64,000 nt of DNA from Nannocystis bainbridge. Lineage in GTDB: Bacteria > Myxococcota_A > Polyangia > Nannocystales > Nannocystaceae. The first letter of the stretch is position 1. Each line of letters opens with the position of its first letter. Positions 7,918 through 18,855 of this stretch are shown piece by piece. The DNA is taken from contig NZ_JAQNDL010000005.1 in NCBI RefSeq assembly GCF_028368995.1, positions 96,001 to 160,000 of the forward strand, read 5' to 3'. Position numbers and translations under genes: made by a program. The notes below the pieces were generated by a model. The model did no database searches, had not been told where the DNA came from, and was given only the letters and a program-made list of their open reading frames with translations.

Positions 7918-10094
7918 GCATGGCCCGCCGCGTCCTCGCGGGGCTCGGGCTCGCGTGCATGTACGCGGCCGTGTTCCTCGCCTTTCACCCCGCGATCGTC
8001 ACCGGCGAGGCCTTCCTCGGCTGGGACGCCGTCAACGAGCACTGGGGTGACCTGCTGGTCCCGCTGCACGCCCTGCGAGCCGGCGAGCTGCCGCTGTGGC
8101 ACCCGTTCGAGCGCGGCGGCTACGACTTCCTCGCCGACCCGCAGACCGGCGTGCTCTACCCGTTCAACTGGCTGGTGTGGCTCGCCGCCGCGGTGTTCGG
8201 CGAGGGTCCGTGGGTGGTCCTCCTCAAGTCCCTGCTGCACGTCGCCATCGGCGGCCTCGGCACTCACATCTTGCTCGCGCGGCTCGGCCTCTCGCCTTCT
8301 GCCAGCAGCTTCGGTGGGCTCGCCTTCGTGCTCTCGGGCCGCGTCGCCAAGGCCAAGGACTCCGCCGGTCTGTGGTCGCCGGTGTGGCTGCCGTGGCTCG
8401 TGCTCACCGGCCTCGAGCTGGTGCGTCGGCCCTCGCCGCGCACGGGCCTGGCCTTTGGGACAGCCACGGCCATGGCCTTCCTCTCCGGCTACCCGCCCAA
8501 CTTCTTCCGCGACCTCGTCGGCCTCGCGCCGGTCCTGCTCGTCGCGCTCGTGCTGGTCGTGCGCCGGCTCCCGGCCGCGCGCCGGCACCTCGCCCGGGTC
8601 GCCGGCGCCGGCGGATTGGCCGTCGGCGTCGCGCTCGGCCTCGCCCTGCCCAACATCATCGCCACCCTCGCGTGGCTGCCCGAGACCGTGCGCGACCAGC
8701 TCGATTTCGGCGAGGTCGTCTACTCGACCGCGCGCCCGCTGCACCTGCTCGACGCCCTCGCCCCTGGCACCTGGCGCGACGGCGCGCCCGTGCACTACCT
8801 CGGCGCCGTCGCCCTCCTGCTCGCGGTGTTCGCCGTCCGCCGCGACGCCCTGCGGATCACCTGGGCCGCCTGCGCCCTGCTGTTCTTCCTGCTCGCGTGC
8901 GGCGACGGCTCCTTCCTCCTGCCCTTCCTCGCCCGCCACGTCCCTGGCTTCGGGCTGTGGCGGATCCCCGCCCAGTACTTCTTCGGCTTCGCCTTCTTCG
9001 TCGCCGTGCTCGCCGCCCACGGCTTCGACGACCTCGTGCGCGCCGAACCGGCCCGCCGGCGCGCGCTCGGCCGCCGCCTCGCGCTCGTGTTCGGGCTCGC
9101 CTGCCTCGGCCTGCTCGTCGCCCGCGCGTGGAGCCGCGCCCCGGCGAGCACCGGCCTCGCCGCGCTGTTCGTCGCCCTCGGCGGCGCCTGTCTCGGCGGC
9201 CTCCTGAGCGCCCGCCCGTGGCTGCGTCGCGCGGCCGCGCCCGCGGCGATCGTCGTCGCCTTGCTCGAGCTCAAGGTCCAGGCGCGCCAGATCCACGGCA
9301 TCACCCAGCGCCCGCCCGACCTCGCGCGCGACGCCGTGCTCGCCCAGCTGGACGACCGCGTCGGCTGGCGCGTCGCCGACGACGACCACTACCGCTGGCG
9401 CGTCGGCGCTCGCCTCGACGTGCGCGACATCTTCGGCCGCGACAGCACCCTCGTCACCCGCCGCTGGCGAGCCTTCGCCGCGCGCGCGCGCGAGCACGCC
9501 AATCTGCTCGCCGCCGCCAACGTGCGCTGGTACGCGGGCGGGCACCGGGCCGCCGTCCAGCGCACCGCCGCCGGCCAGTCGCGCTGGACCCCGGGCCGGC
9601 CGGTCGAGCTGCTGCACGCCGCTCCGCTCGCCTACTGGACCGCGCAGGTCGAGCTCGTCGACCACGAGGACGACGCGCTCGCGCGCCTGGCCGTGCTGCC
9701 GCCCGGGCGCGCCGCCCTGCTCGAGGCCTCGCAGCTCGACCCCGCGACCACTGCCGCGATCGCCGGCTTCGACCCCACCGCCGCGCCGGTGCCCGCGATC
9801 CTCGACGGCTTCGCGCGCAACCGCCTCGGCTTCACCGTCGAGGCCCCCGCCGCCGGGGTACTGGTGGTGAACGAAGCCTGGGGACCCGGCTGGACCGCCC
9901 AGGTCGACGGCGCGGCCGCTCCGGTGCTGCGCGCCAACTACCTGTTCCGCGGCCTGCTCGTCGGCCCGGGCCGGCACGCGGTCGAGCTCGAGTACCGCCC
10001 GCCGCGCCTGCGCGCCGCGCTCGCCGTCTACGCAGCCACGGCCCTGCTGGTGCTGCTCGGCCTGGTGCTCCTGCCGCGCAGGACCAGCGCCTGA
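7914..10094 (+). CDS. YfhO-family (GT-C-like) polytopic membrane protein
   Basis: GELPLWHP...GG..FLADPQTGVLYP near the N-terminus and a C-terminal WGPGWTAQVDG...RANYLFRG. The GTG start overlaps the upstream TGA (ATG alternative at 7920). Confidence 0.85.
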   Translation: MSMARRVLAGLGLACMYAAVFLAFHPAIVTGEAFLGWDAVNEHWGDLLVPLHALRAGELPLWHPFERGGYDFLADPQTGVLYPFNWLVWLAAAVFGEGPWVVLLKSLLHVAIGGLGTHILLARLGLSPSASSFGGLAFVLSGRVAKAKDSAGLWSPVWLPWLVLTGLELVRRPSPRTGLAFGTATAMAFLSGYPPNFFRDLVGLAPVLLVALVLVVRRLPAARRHLARVAGAGGLAVGVALGLALPNIIATLAWLPETVRDQLDFGEVVYSTARPLHLLDALAPGTWRDGAPVHYLGAVALLLAVFAVRRDALRITWAACALLFFLLACGDGSFLLPFLARHVPGFGLWRIPAQYFFGFAFFVAVLAAHGFDDLVRAEPARRRALGRRLALVFGLACLGLLVARAWSRAPASTGLAALFVALGGACLGGLLSARPWLRRAAAPAAIVVALLELKVQARQIHGITQRPPDLARDAVLAQLDDRVGWRVADDDHYRWRVGARLDVRDIFGRDSTLVTRRWRAFAARAREHANLLAAANVRWYAGGHRAAVQRTAAGQSRWTPGRPVELLHAAPLAYWTAQVELVDHEDDALARLAVLPPGRAALLEASQLDPATTAAIAGFDPTAAPVPAILDGFARNRLGFTVEAPAAGVLVVNEAWGPGWTAQVDGAAAPVLRANYLFRGLLVGPGRHAVELEYRPPRLRAALAVYAATALLVLLGLVLLPRRTSA

Positions 10095-10113
10095 GCGCCG
10101 CTCATGGAGTCGC

Positions 10114-10233
10114 CGGGCATGCCCCCAAGGGCATGTTCACGAAAACATGTCCCCGAGTACATGTCCGAATCGACATGCTCTCGGGGACAGCACCATCACC
10201 GATTACGGAGGACATGCCCCGAAGGACACGTCC
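10114..10233. repeat. 14-bp-pitch CATG motif array
   Basis: Cores at 10118, 10132, 10146, 10160, 10174 and 10188, then 10213 and 10227, between convergent genes. Confidence 0.9.
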
Positions 10234-10240
10234 ATGCGCC

Positions 10241-11935
10241 TCACGGCCCCGCCAGCGTCTCGAGCACCGTGCGGATCTCGGCCAGGTCCGGGTCGCCGGG
10301 CAGGGCCGCCTCGGCGAGCGCCAGGGCCGCGAGCGCCGGGGCGAGCGTCGCCGCGTCGGCCGCCTCGCGGTAGGCCTTGAGGCCCTCGGCGTAGGCGAAC
10401 ACGGCCGCGCCCTTCTTGAGCAGCGGCGACTCGGCGGCCACCGACTCCTGGATCTTCTTGATCACCTCGGACTCGCGCTCCTCGAACGTGATCGGGTCCT
10501 TCCAGCGCACGGCGACCTTGAACTCGGCGGCCTCGTCGACCAGCCCCGGCGCGCAGGTGGCGACCGTCTGGTGGAACACCATCGCGTCGTTGGGCGCCAG
10601 GTGCTGCGGCTCGACCTCCGCCGGATCGGTCGAGTACTCCTCGCCGCTGAACTTGACGATCGAGAAGCCGGGCGGCATGTCGAGGCGGACCCGCACGTCG
10701 CGGACCGCGACCGCCATGGTCTGGACGAAGCGCTCGCCGAACATCTTGTGGGCCTCGTCGACCGAGGGGATGAACAGCGACGCGCCGCGGCCGACGTCGG
10801 TGACGGTGTCCATCAGCTCGTCGTTGTACGAGTCGGGCGTGCCGACGCCGACGCCGACCAGGTAGATCCCGTCCTGGTCCTTGCTGCCGGCGCCGCCGGC
10901 GATGATCTCGATGTCGGTCACGCCCGCGTTGGCCCCGCCGTCGCTGATCAGCACCACGCGGTTGATCCGCGTCGCGTCGAACTGCGCCTGCGCCAGGTCG
11001 TAGCCGGCCGTGAGCCCGCCGTTGAGGTCGGTGCCGCCGCCGGCCTCGAGCCCGTCGCACAGGTCGAGCAGCTCGGGATCGTTGGCCTTCGTCACCTTGT
11101 GCTTGGTCAGCTTGACCGCGTTGACGGTGTCCCAGCCGACCGCCGACACGATGTCGCCCGCGCGCAGGCTGCCGGCGATCGTGCGGCACACCTCCTGCTG
11201 CAGCTCCATCGGCAAGCCGCCCATCGAGCCCGACTCGTCGAGCACCAGCGTCACGTTCATCAGCGGCCGGTCGGCGTTGCTGACCGTCTCGCTGGCGACG
11301 CCGATCTGGACCACGTAGTGATCGTCGGGGCTGTCCTCGAAGCGGGCGATCTCCGGCAGCACCGTGACCATGCCCTTGTCCGCCGCGGCGTAGTCGAACG
11401 TGTAGTAGTTGAGGAACTCCCACGTCCGGATCGGCACGTAGCTCAGCGAGCCCCACTGCGACAGCACCGCCTCGCGCACCTGCACCGGCGACGACGTCGA
11501 GTTCGAGTCGTCGGGCGACAGGTACAGCACCACCGGGGTCTGGTCGTCACACACGGGCTCGCCGGTGGTGCTGTCGTCGGTGGTGCTGCTCTCGTCGTCG
11601 TCGGGCGGCGGCGGCTCCTCCGGCGCTCCCCCGGTCGTGCCCGAATCCCCCGGCTCGCCGCCGCTGGCGCCCGTGGTGGTCGGCGACCAGTCCCCGGTCG
11701 TGCCCGGCTCGCCGGTCTCCCAGCCGCCGTCGGTGCCGCCGTCCGACTCGCCCGGGCTGGCCGAACCGGAGCCCGGGCCGGAGTCGGAGCTCGGCCCGCT
11801 GGCGCCCCCGCTGGCGCCGGAGCCGTCGTGCTGGGCGGCGCTGCTACAGGCACCCGCCAGCGCGGCGAGGAGGGGCAAGGACAGCGCCGCGAAGGTGCGC
11901 GGGCGGGACGGGCTCGTAACGTTAAGGGTCGGCAT
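10241..11935 (-). CDS. VWA-domain lipoprotein (YfbK-like)
   Basis: Lipobox AGAC, Ser/Thr/Gly stalk, MIDAS DESGSM, GGTDL and LISDGGAN. Confidence 0.88.
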   Translation of the reverse strand: MPTLNVTSPSRPRTFAALSLPLLAALAGACSSAAQHDGSGASGGASGPSSDSGPGSGSASPGESDGGTDGGWETGEPGTTGDWSPTTTGASGGEPGDSGTTGGAPEEPPPPDDDESSTTDDSTTGEPVCDDQTPVVLYLSPDDSNSTSSPVQVREAVLSQWGSLSYVPIRTWEFLNYYTFDYAAADKGMVTVLPEIARFEDSPDDHYVVQIGVASETVSNADRPLMNVTLVLDESGSMGGLPMELQQEVCRTIAGSLRAGDIVSAVGWDTVNAVKLTKHKVTKANDPELLDLCDGLEAGGGTDLNGGLTAGYDLAQAQFDATRINRVVLISDGGANAGVTDIEIIAGGAGSKDQDGIYLVGVGVGTPDSYNDELMDTVTDVGRGASLFIPSVDEAHKMFGERFVQTMAVAVRDVRVRLDMPPGFSIVKFSGEEYSTDPAEVEPQHLAPNDAMVFHQTVATCAPGLVDEAAEFKVAVRWKDPITFEERESEVIKKIQESVAAESPLLKKGAAVFAYAEGLKAYREAADAATLAPALAALALAEAALPGDPDLAEIRTVLETLAGP

Positions 11936-12040
11936 CGGTCCGGCCCTTATTGCAAGGACAGGGCAACCTGCAATTTCAACCACTTCGCAATCGCGCCCGC
12001 GAATCACCCTGACAGCGGTGTCGCGTTCGCGCCCGGCGCG

Positions 12041-13309
12041 TCAGCCCCGGACCACGCGGAGATGTCGCCGCAGCAGCGACGCCGCCGCGCGATGCTCCTC
12101 GGCGCGAGCCCAGTCGAGCGCGGTGCGGCCCGCGTGATCGCGGATCGAAGGATCGGCGCCGACCTCGAGCAACACCGTCGCCGTGTCCGCCTGCCCCGCC
12201 ATCGCCGCGCGCATCAGCGGCGTCTGCCCGCACGCGTTCACGGCCTCGACCTGGGCCCCGGCCAGGCACAGCGCGCGCACCACCTCGGGCACCGGCTCGG
12301 TCGCCGCCAGCGCCAGCGGTGTGTCGCCGTTCACGTCGCGCAGCTCGGTCGCGGCCCCGGCCGCCAGCAGCACCCGCGCGCTCTCGCGGTGGTCCTGCCA
12401 GGCCGCCACGTGCAGCGGCGAATGAAGGTGGAAGTCGAGCGCGTCGACCGGCGCGCCCGCATCGCACAGCATCGCCACGATCAGCGCGTGCTCCTGATCG
12501 GCCGCGAGGTGCAGCGCCGTGCGCCCCTGCACATTGGCCCCGCGCACCTCGGCCCCGCGCGCCAGCAGCTCCTCGACGATCGCCGCGTGGCCGCGAAAGC
12601 TCGCCGCCAGCAGGGCCGTCGGCAGCCCGGGCCAGGCCGGGTGGCGCGCGTCGATCGCCACGCCCGCGGCCAGCAGCCGCCGCACCTCCTCCAGCTGCCC
12701 GTCGAGCGCCGCGCGGTGCAGCGCCCACTCGTCGCCGCGGCGCTCCCCGCTCGGCAGCACCTCGAGCAGGCCCGGCGCGCGCGCCACCTCGGCCAGCGCC
12801 TCGGCCATCTCACCCGCCAGCTCGCGCCCCTGCGCCGCCTCGATCTGCGCCTCGACGTGCTCCAACCACGCATCGAGCTCGTGCGGGTCGCCGACCCGGA
12901 GCAGCAGCGCGAAACCTGTCCCCACGGCCATCCGGCAGCCCTCGGCGTCGTCGCCGGCGATCCGCAGCGCCAGCGCCCGGCCGATCAGCGCCCGCACCTG
13001 CGCCGACGAACCTGACCTCAAGGCCATCTCGGCCCCGGCCGAGTGCAGCCACGCCGCGTTCTTGGTCGAGATCGTCATCGCCCGCGGCGGCGGCGTCATC
13101 AGCATCGCCACCCCTTCGGCGTCGCGGCCGAGGCGGTAGAGCGCGCGGATGTGATAATCGCGGACCCACCCGAACTCGGCCGGGTCGGTGGTCTCGGCGG
13201 CCAGGAGGTCGCGCTCGAGCGCCGCGGCCAGCGGCAGAGCGTCGGCGGGCGAGCGCTCGAGCGTGGTGGCGAGCACGAACATGCGGGTCGGGAAGTCGAC
13301 GGCGGTCAT
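12041..13309 (-). CDS. Ankyrin-repeat protein
   Basis: Repeated GRTALHLAA, SPLHVAA, GDTPLALAA and GQTPLMRAA motifs in the C-terminal half. The start is uncertain (13309 or 13321). Confidence 0.85.
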   Translation of the reverse strand: MTAVDFPTRMFVLATTLERSPADALPLAAALERDLLAAETTDPAEFGWVRDYHIRALYRLGRDAEGVAMLMTPPPRAMTISTKNAAWLHSAGAEMALRSGSSAQVRALIGRALALRIAGDDAEGCRMAVGTGFALLLRVGDPHELDAWLEHVEAQIEAAQGRELAGEMAEALAEVARAPGLLEVLPSGERRGDEWALHRAALDGQLEEVRRLLAAGVAIDARHPAWPGLPTALLAASFRGHAAIVEELLARGAEVRGANVQGRTALHLAADQEHALIVAMLCDAGAPVDALDFHLHSPLHVAAWQDHRESARVLLAAGAATELRDVNGDTPLALAATEPVPEVVRALCLAGAQVEAVNACGQTPLMRAAMAGQADTATVLLEVGADPSIRDHAGRTALDWARAEEHRAAASLLRRHLRVVRG

Positions 13310-13596
13310 GCCCGCGAGCATGAGCACGCCGCGTGCCACTCCCCGCCGCTCCCCGTGCGGGCGCTCCTGGCCCGGGAGTGCCTCGAAACGATTCAAAGCA
13401 TGAATCATTTCGAGCCACACGTATCGTTTCGAGCCACCACGAACGAGCCCACCGGTACGACCGCCCACCGCCCTCGCCACCGCGAACGGAGCCTGCGACC
13501 GCCGCAACATCCCGCGGACGTCTCCGGCGACCCACCTATGACCGCCTCCCCGCGTCCGGCCCTGCGCCGCCGGTCCCGGCGATCTACACTCTCCCC

Positions 13597-14199
13597 GTGT
13601 CGCCCCGTTCGTCCGCGCTCCTCCTCACCGCCGCGCTCGCCTGCCGACCCGACCTGTCCAAAGAGACAGCCTCGCCGCCGGTCCGAGATCCCGCCGGCCC
13701 GCGGTCCTCCTCCGCGGCGAAATCACGGCCCGCATCCACGTCCGCGCCTGCGCCTGCTCGCGCCCCCGAACCGGGCCGGCTGGCCGGCATCACGGCCGCG
13801 CACAACCGGCACCGCGCGCAGCTCGACATCGCCGCGCTCACGTGGTCGCCCGAGCTCGCGCGCTACGCTCAAGCCTGGGCCGACAAGCTGAAGCGTCGCG
13901 GCTGCGACCTCGAGCATCGCCCGCGCTCCGGCCCCGACGCCCAGCGTCACGGCGAAAACCTGTTTTACGCCGGCGGGCAGGCTGCCACCGCCGAACAGGT
14001 CGTCGACGCGTGGGTCGCCGAGGTCGCGGGCTACGACGCCAGGACCGGCCGCTGTCGCGGCGTGTGCGGTCATTACACGCAGGTCGTATGGCGCGACAGC
14101 CAGCGCATCGGCTGCGGCGTCGCCAGCTGCGGCGAAAGCGAGGTGTGGGTCTGCAACTACGATCCGCCGGGCAACTTCCTCGGACAGAAGCCCTACTGA
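13597..14199 (+). CDS. CAP/SCP (PR-1-like) domain lipoprotein
   Basis: Motifs HNRHRA, GENL, CGHYTQVVWR and WVCNYDPPGN; lipobox ALAC. Confidence 0.9.
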   Translation: MSPRSSALLLTAALACRPDLSKETASPPVRDPAGPRSSSAAKSRPASTSAPAPARAPEPGRLAGITAAHNRHRAQLDIAALTWSPELARYAQAWADKLKRRGCDLEHRPRSGPDAQRHGENLFYAGGQAATAEQVVDAWVAEVAGYDARTGRCRGVCGHYTQVVWRDSQRIGCGVASCGESEVWVCNYDPPGNFLGQKPY

Positions 14200-14353
14200 G
14201 CGCGACCTCCCTGCCTCTCGCACACGCGACGACAGCCGCCGCAGACCCACCTTCGCTCGCGCGTGCGTGGGATTGACGGCGCCGGCGTGCGATCGGCGGC
14301 GCCACCGCCGGGACCCTTCCGTCGCTACAATCGGCGGCAGGAGTCACGCATCC

Positions 14354-14935
14354 ATGCTGTTCAAACGCCGTTCCCTGCGCAATCTCGTGGTCGCTGTCAG
14401 TTGCCTCTCGTCCTTTGCGATCGCGCCGACGGCCGACGCGAAGAAGGGCGGCGAGGACGCCGGCAAGCGGCTCTCCGATCGGGCCGAAATCGTCGATCTG
14501 GGCTACTGCTACGCCGAGGCCACCGACGCCATCGGCCGCGGTGATTTTGCCACCGGCAAAGAGACGTACAAAGAGTGCTTCACCGCGAACGCCAATATCG
14601 CGGCCTACTTCCCGGGCTCCGATCCCAACGGTCCGCCGGGAGTCGCGGCCATCGGCCCGGTCGCGTGGGCCAACGCCGTCAAGGGCGTGTTCGACGGCAG
14701 CGGCTACGTCTCGACGCAGCACCTGGTCAGCAACGTCCGCATCGACCTCGACGGCAACACCGGCACCGTGACCTCGTATCTGCACGCCACCCACGTCATC
14801 GATCCGGACGGCGCCATCGAAGTCGCCAACGGCACCTACTATGACACCGTCGTGCGGACCCCGCAGGGTTGGCGGATCTCGAAGCGCAAGCTCGTCTTGA
14901 TCGACTTCGTCCGCCTCGAGTCGCCCGCGCCCTGA
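14354..14935 (+). CDS. Secreted SnoaL-like / NTF2-fold protein
   Basis: Signal peptide, TQHLVSNVRI and GTYYDTVVRTPQGWRISKR. Confidence 0.8.
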   Translation: MLFKRRSLRNLVVAVSCLSSFAIAPTADAKKGGEDAGKRLSDRAEIVDLGYCYAEATDAIGRGDFATGKETYKECFTANANIAAYFPGSDPNGPPGVAAIGPVAWANAVKGVFDGSGYVSTQHLVSNVRIDLDGNTGTVTSYLHATHVIDPDGAIEVANGTYYDTVVRTPQGWRISKRKLVLIDFVRLESPAP

Positions 14936-15051
14936 GCGCCTGCTGACACACGTTCCACGCGCTGGCGGGCTGGACAACACGTCCGGCCCGCCGTACGGTC
15001 TTCGCCGCCAAATCGGCGTTCGCGACCTTTCCGCCTCGACAGCTCCCCTGC

Positions 15052-16290
15052 ATGGCCACCGAAACGCAACGAGCCGCGCTCGATCGCATGACGCGAGCGC
15101 TCCACCTGTCGGGCGCCGCGGTGTTCGAGTTCGAGGATCTGGCCGCCGACGACCCGCTCGCAGCCGACGCGCCGGCGTTTTACGACGAGCGGGTCGCCGC
15201 GCTGCTCGGGCACCCGGGCGACGCTCCGCCGGTGCTCGGCACCTGGCTCGCCGCGCTTCACCCCGACGAGCGCGAGCGCCTGCGGGCCGCGCGGCGCGAG
15301 CTGTTGCTGGCCGGCGGCAGCGCGTCGATCGAGTACCGCGTGGTCATCGGCGGCGCGACGCGCTGGTGGCAGGAGCAGAGCGAGGCCGCGACGACGCGAC
15401 CGGGCCGCGCCTCGTTGGTCGCCGTCGTCCGCGACATCACCGACGAGCGCAGCGAGCAGGAGGACGCCCGCCGCTCCGTCGAGCTGCTGCGCCAGACCCA
15501 GGCCGCCGGGGCGGTCGGCGGCTGGGAGGTCGACCTCGTCAACAACACGCTCTACTGGACCGCCGAGACCCACCGCCTGCACGAGGTCCCGCCGGGCTTT
15601 GTCCCCGACCTCGCCACCGCCATCAATTTCTACGCCCCCGAGCACGTCCCGATCATCTCCGCGGCCGTCGAACGGTGCATGCGCGGCGAGCCCTACGACG
15701 TCGAGCTCGAGATCGTCACCTACCGCGGCCGTCGCCGCCACGTGCAGGCCGCCGGCGTCCCGTATTACGAGGACGGCCGGCTGATCCGCCTCTACGGCAT
15801 CTTCCGCGACATCACCGACCTGCGCCGCCGCGAGGACGAGCTGCGGGCCCAGATCGAGATCATCGCCCAGCAGGACAGCGCGATCCGCCAGCTCTCGACG
15901 CCGATCATCCAGCTGTGGGACCACATCCTCACCCTCCCGCTGGTCGGCACCATCGACGCCGCGCGGGCGGCCCACATCATGGAGCGGCTGCTCGCCGAGG
16001 TCACGCGCACGCGGGCGCGCTTCGCCATCCTCGACCTCACCGGCGTCGAGGCCCTCGACGACGCCACCGCCGACCACCTGGTCCGCCTGGTCCGCGCCGT
16101 CGACCTGCTGGGTGCCCGCGGCGCCCTGTGCGGCCTCCAGCCCGGCGTCGCCGACTCGCTCACCGCCTCGGGCATCGAGCTCGGCGGCGTCGTCACCTAC
16201 CGCAACCTCCACGAGGCGCTGCAGCGCTGCATCCACGCCCTGGGCCGCGCGCGCCCGAACGTGACGCCGCAGATGTCCTCGCGGACATGA
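15052..16290 (+). CDS. PAS-domain / STAS protein (RsbR-like)
   Basis: PAS/PAC segments (GGWEVDL, RDITD), then STPIIQLW..ILTLPLVGTIDAARA and ILDLTGV. Confidence 0.9.
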   Translation: MATETQRAALDRMTRALHLSGAAVFEFEDLAADDPLAADAPAFYDERVAALLGHPGDAPPVLGTWLAALHPDERERLRAARRELLLAGGSASIEYRVVIGGATRWWQEQSEAATTRPGRASLVAVVRDITDERSEQEDARRSVELLRQTQAAGAVGGWEVDLVNNTLYWTAETHRLHEVPPGFVPDLATAINFYAPEHVPIISAAVERCMRGEPYDVELEIVTYRGRRRHVQAAGVPYYEDGRLIRLYGIFRDITDLRRREDELRAQIEIIAQQDSAIRQLSTPIIQLWDHILTLPLVGTIDAARAAHIMERLLAEVTRTRARFAILDLTGVEALDDATADHLVRLVRAVDLLGARGALCGLQPGVADSLTASGIELGGVVTYRNLHEALQRCIHALGRARPNVTPQMSSRT

Positions 16291-16362
16291 CCCATCGGAC
16301 ATGCCCCTTCGGGCCTGTCCTGTCGTCCATGCCCCGAAGGACATGCCCGTGGGCGCATGTCC
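16270..16362. repeat. 14-bp-pitch CATG motif array (7 units)
   Basis: Cores at 16272, 16286, 16300, 16314, 16328, 16342 and 16356. The array spans the STAS gene stop, between convergent genes. Confidence 0.9.
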
Positions 16363-16377
16363 TCCGGCGCCGCCGCC

Positions 16378-18351
16378 TCAGGGCAGCTTGGTGATGCGGT
16401 CGAGCGCCGGCGGCGCGACCGGCGAGTGGTCGGCGAAGTAGTCCTGCAGCGCCTGCATGTCGGTCACCCCGCCGACGCGGTCGGTCCCCGCCGGAAACAC
16501 GCTGAAGCCGTCGCCGCCGTCGGCCAGGTAGTTGATGGTCGCCACCCGGTACTCCTGAGCCGGCGCCAGCACGACGCCGTTCAGCTCGATGCTGGACGGA
16601 TCGATCTTCGACCCGACCGGCGCGCTCGCGCTCCAGGCGTAACTGAAGCCCTGCGACACCTGCAGCACGTTCGGCTGCACGTTGGCGCCGAACTGCTGCT
16701 CGAGCAGCGCTTCGATCTGCGCCCCCGTCAGCGTCACCACCACCAGGTTGTTGCCGAACGGCTGGACCGTGAAGCCCTCGCCGTAGCTGACGATGCCGTC
16801 GACCGGCTCGTCGCCCGACTTCGGGAACGTCAGGTCGGCCCGCACCCCGCCCGGGTTCATGAACGCGATCTTGGCCCCGCCGAGCAGCGGGTCCTCCGTC
16901 GCGTCGAGGATCATGTCGGCCACCACCGCGCCCATCGTCGAGAGCCCGGCCGAGTCGTTCGGCGCCGCCTTCAGCAGCGTGGCCGTGATCGTGCCGATCT
17001 GCTGGTTCGCCAGCGGCGCCGCCAGCTGCTTGTACATGGCCACGAACGCCTCGATCACCGGGTCCGGCGTCTCGCGGGTCACGACCACGTTCTCCGCCGT
17101 GATCGCGGTGACCTCGCCGGTCTTGCTGCTGATCTCGAGGTCGATGTCGGTCAGCATGCGGCCGAACGAGGCGGCGCTGGTCACCACCTTGTCGGCGATC
17201 ACGCAGTTGTAGGCCTGGTGGGTGTGGCCGCTGACGACCAGGTCGACCGCGTCGTCGAGGCCCTCGACGATGTCGACGATCGGCCCCGAGATCCCGGGAC
17301 ACTCGTTGAAGTAGCCGCCCTGCAGCCCGCCCTCGTGGATCAGCACCACGATCGCATGGGCGCCCATGGCGGCCAGCTCGGGCACCACCGCGTTGATCCG
17401 CTCGACCTCGTCGGCGAAGGTGAGCCCCGCGATCCCGCCCGGCGAGACGATGCTGCCGGTCGCCGCCAGCGTGAGGCCGATGAAGCCGATCTTCACGCCC
17501 TCGACCGTGTGCACCGCGTAGCTGGGGAACAGCGTCTCGACCGGGTCGTCCTGCGTCAGCACGTTGGCGGCCAGGAACTGGAACGACGCCCCGGGGAACG
17601 GCGTGTCGTCGCCGCAGCCGTCGACCGGGTGGCAGCCGCCGTCCTGCATGCGCAGCAGCTCGGCCGCGCCGTCGTCGAACTCGTGGTTGCCGACGGCGTT
17701 GTAGTCGAGCCCGATCGTGTTCATCGCCTCGATCGTCGGCTCGTCGTGGAACAGCGCCGACACCAGCGGCGAGGCGCCGATCAGGTCGCCGGCCGAGACC
17801 ACGATCGTGTTGGGGTTCTGCTCGCGCAGCGCGGCCACGTGGTGGGCCAGGTAGGCCGCGCCGCCGGCGTCGACCGAGCTGTCGTCGGGCAGCTTGACCT
17901 TGCCGCCGCTGCCGGCCGGCGGCTCGAGGTTGCCGTGGAAATCGTTGAACGCGACGATCTGCACCTTCACGAAGGTCTCCTCGCCGCCGGTCGTCTCGCC
18001 CGTCGTGTCGGTGGTGTCGACCGTCGTCTCGCTGTCCGTGGTGACGACGGTGGTGCTGCTGACGCCGTCGGTCGTGTCGGTCGTCGTCGTCGTCGTCGTG
18101 CCGTCCGTCGTCCCCGGCTCGGTGGTCTCGGCGACCGTGGTGTCCGTGCTCGTGGTGCTGGTGGTCGGATCGTCGGTCGTCGGCCCCGCCGTGCTCGTCG
18201 GCGCGGCGTCGGTCGTGCTGGTGTCGGTGTCGTCGGTGGTCGACGCCATCGTCGCCGTGTCACCGCCGTCGGTCCCGCTGCACCCGCCCATTGCGAGCGC
18301 GAGCGCCCACATGGGCGCCCGCAAGGTATGCATCCAATTCGCTGCCTGCAT
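16378..18351 (-). CDS. Bifunctional metallophosphatase / 5'-nucleotidase lipoprotein
   Basis: Motifs FNDFHG, AGDLIG, GNHEFD, GHTH, NPGGVRADL and QPFGN; lipobox MGGC followed by a Thr-rich stalk. Confidence 0.93.
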   Translation of the reverse strand: MQAANWMHTLRAPMWALALAMGGCSGTDGGDTATMASTTDDTDTSTTDAAPTSTAGPTTDDPTTSTTSTDTTVAETTEPGTTDGTTTTTTTDTTDGVSSTTVVTTDSETTVDTTDTTGETTGGEETFVKVQIVAFNDFHGNLEPPAGSGGKVKLPDDSSVDAGGAAYLAHHVAALREQNPNTIVVSAGDLIGASPLVSALFHDEPTIEAMNTIGLDYNAVGNHEFDDGAAELLRMQDGGCHPVDGCGDDTPFPGASFQFLAANVLTQDDPVETLFPSYAVHTVEGVKIGFIGLTLAATGSIVSPGGIAGLTFADEVERINAVVPELAAMGAHAIVVLIHEGGLQGGYFNECPGISGPIVDIVEGLDDAVDLVVSGHTHQAYNCVIADKVVTSAASFGRMLTDIDLEISSKTGEVTAITAENVVVTRETPDPVIEAFVAMYKQLAAPLANQQIGTITATLLKAAPNDSAGLSTMGAVVADMILDATEDPLLGGAKIAFMNPGGVRADLTFPKSGDEPVDGIVSYGEGFTVQPFGNNLVVVTLTGAQIEALLEQQFGANVQPNVLQVSQGFSYAWSASAPVGSKIDPSSIELNGVVLAPAQEYRVATINYLADGGDGFSVFPAGTDRVGGVTDMQALQDYFADHSPVAPPALDRITKLP

Positions 18352-18855
18352 AATCGCTTACTCCCGAAGTCGGGCGTGCATACCACGAGCCTCCGCGGCG
18401 AATTGTCACGGCCACGACAAGCTCACGTCGCTATCGCCATTCACGGAGCGGTCCCCGAGGCCCCGTCCGGCCCGGCCCGAGCCGCACGCGCCCCCGAAAC
18501 GCGCGGCTCAGCCCCCACGCCGATCTGCGAACACCAGTGGATGTCTCTTCGGCCACTCGCATGATTCGCAGCGCCGTCGCTCGGGGCTTGGTGTGTACAT
18601 TGAATCAATGATGAGAGATCATCGCTCGTCCGCGCTTCGCATCATTCACGCGAGCCGGCGAGTGGCGGGCGAACCCGCGCCGTTCGACGCGCCATCGCCC
18701 GACACCGCAGCGCTCCCCCGGCCGCCGGCCCCATCTTTTCAGAGATGGGAAATGACTGTTGCCTGCGTCCTGGCGGTACTGACCCGGGGGCGCGCGCCCC
18801 TAGCTCACAGCAATCCGTTCAGTACGCGGCGCGCGCCGCCGTGCTACCAGAAGCC

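Noticed and set aside
8096-13015. 1639-aa ORF on the + strand
   Set aside because: It is an Arg/Pro-rich shadow frame overlapping YfhO and antisense to the VWA and ankyrin genes, as expected from stop-codon scarcity at high GC.
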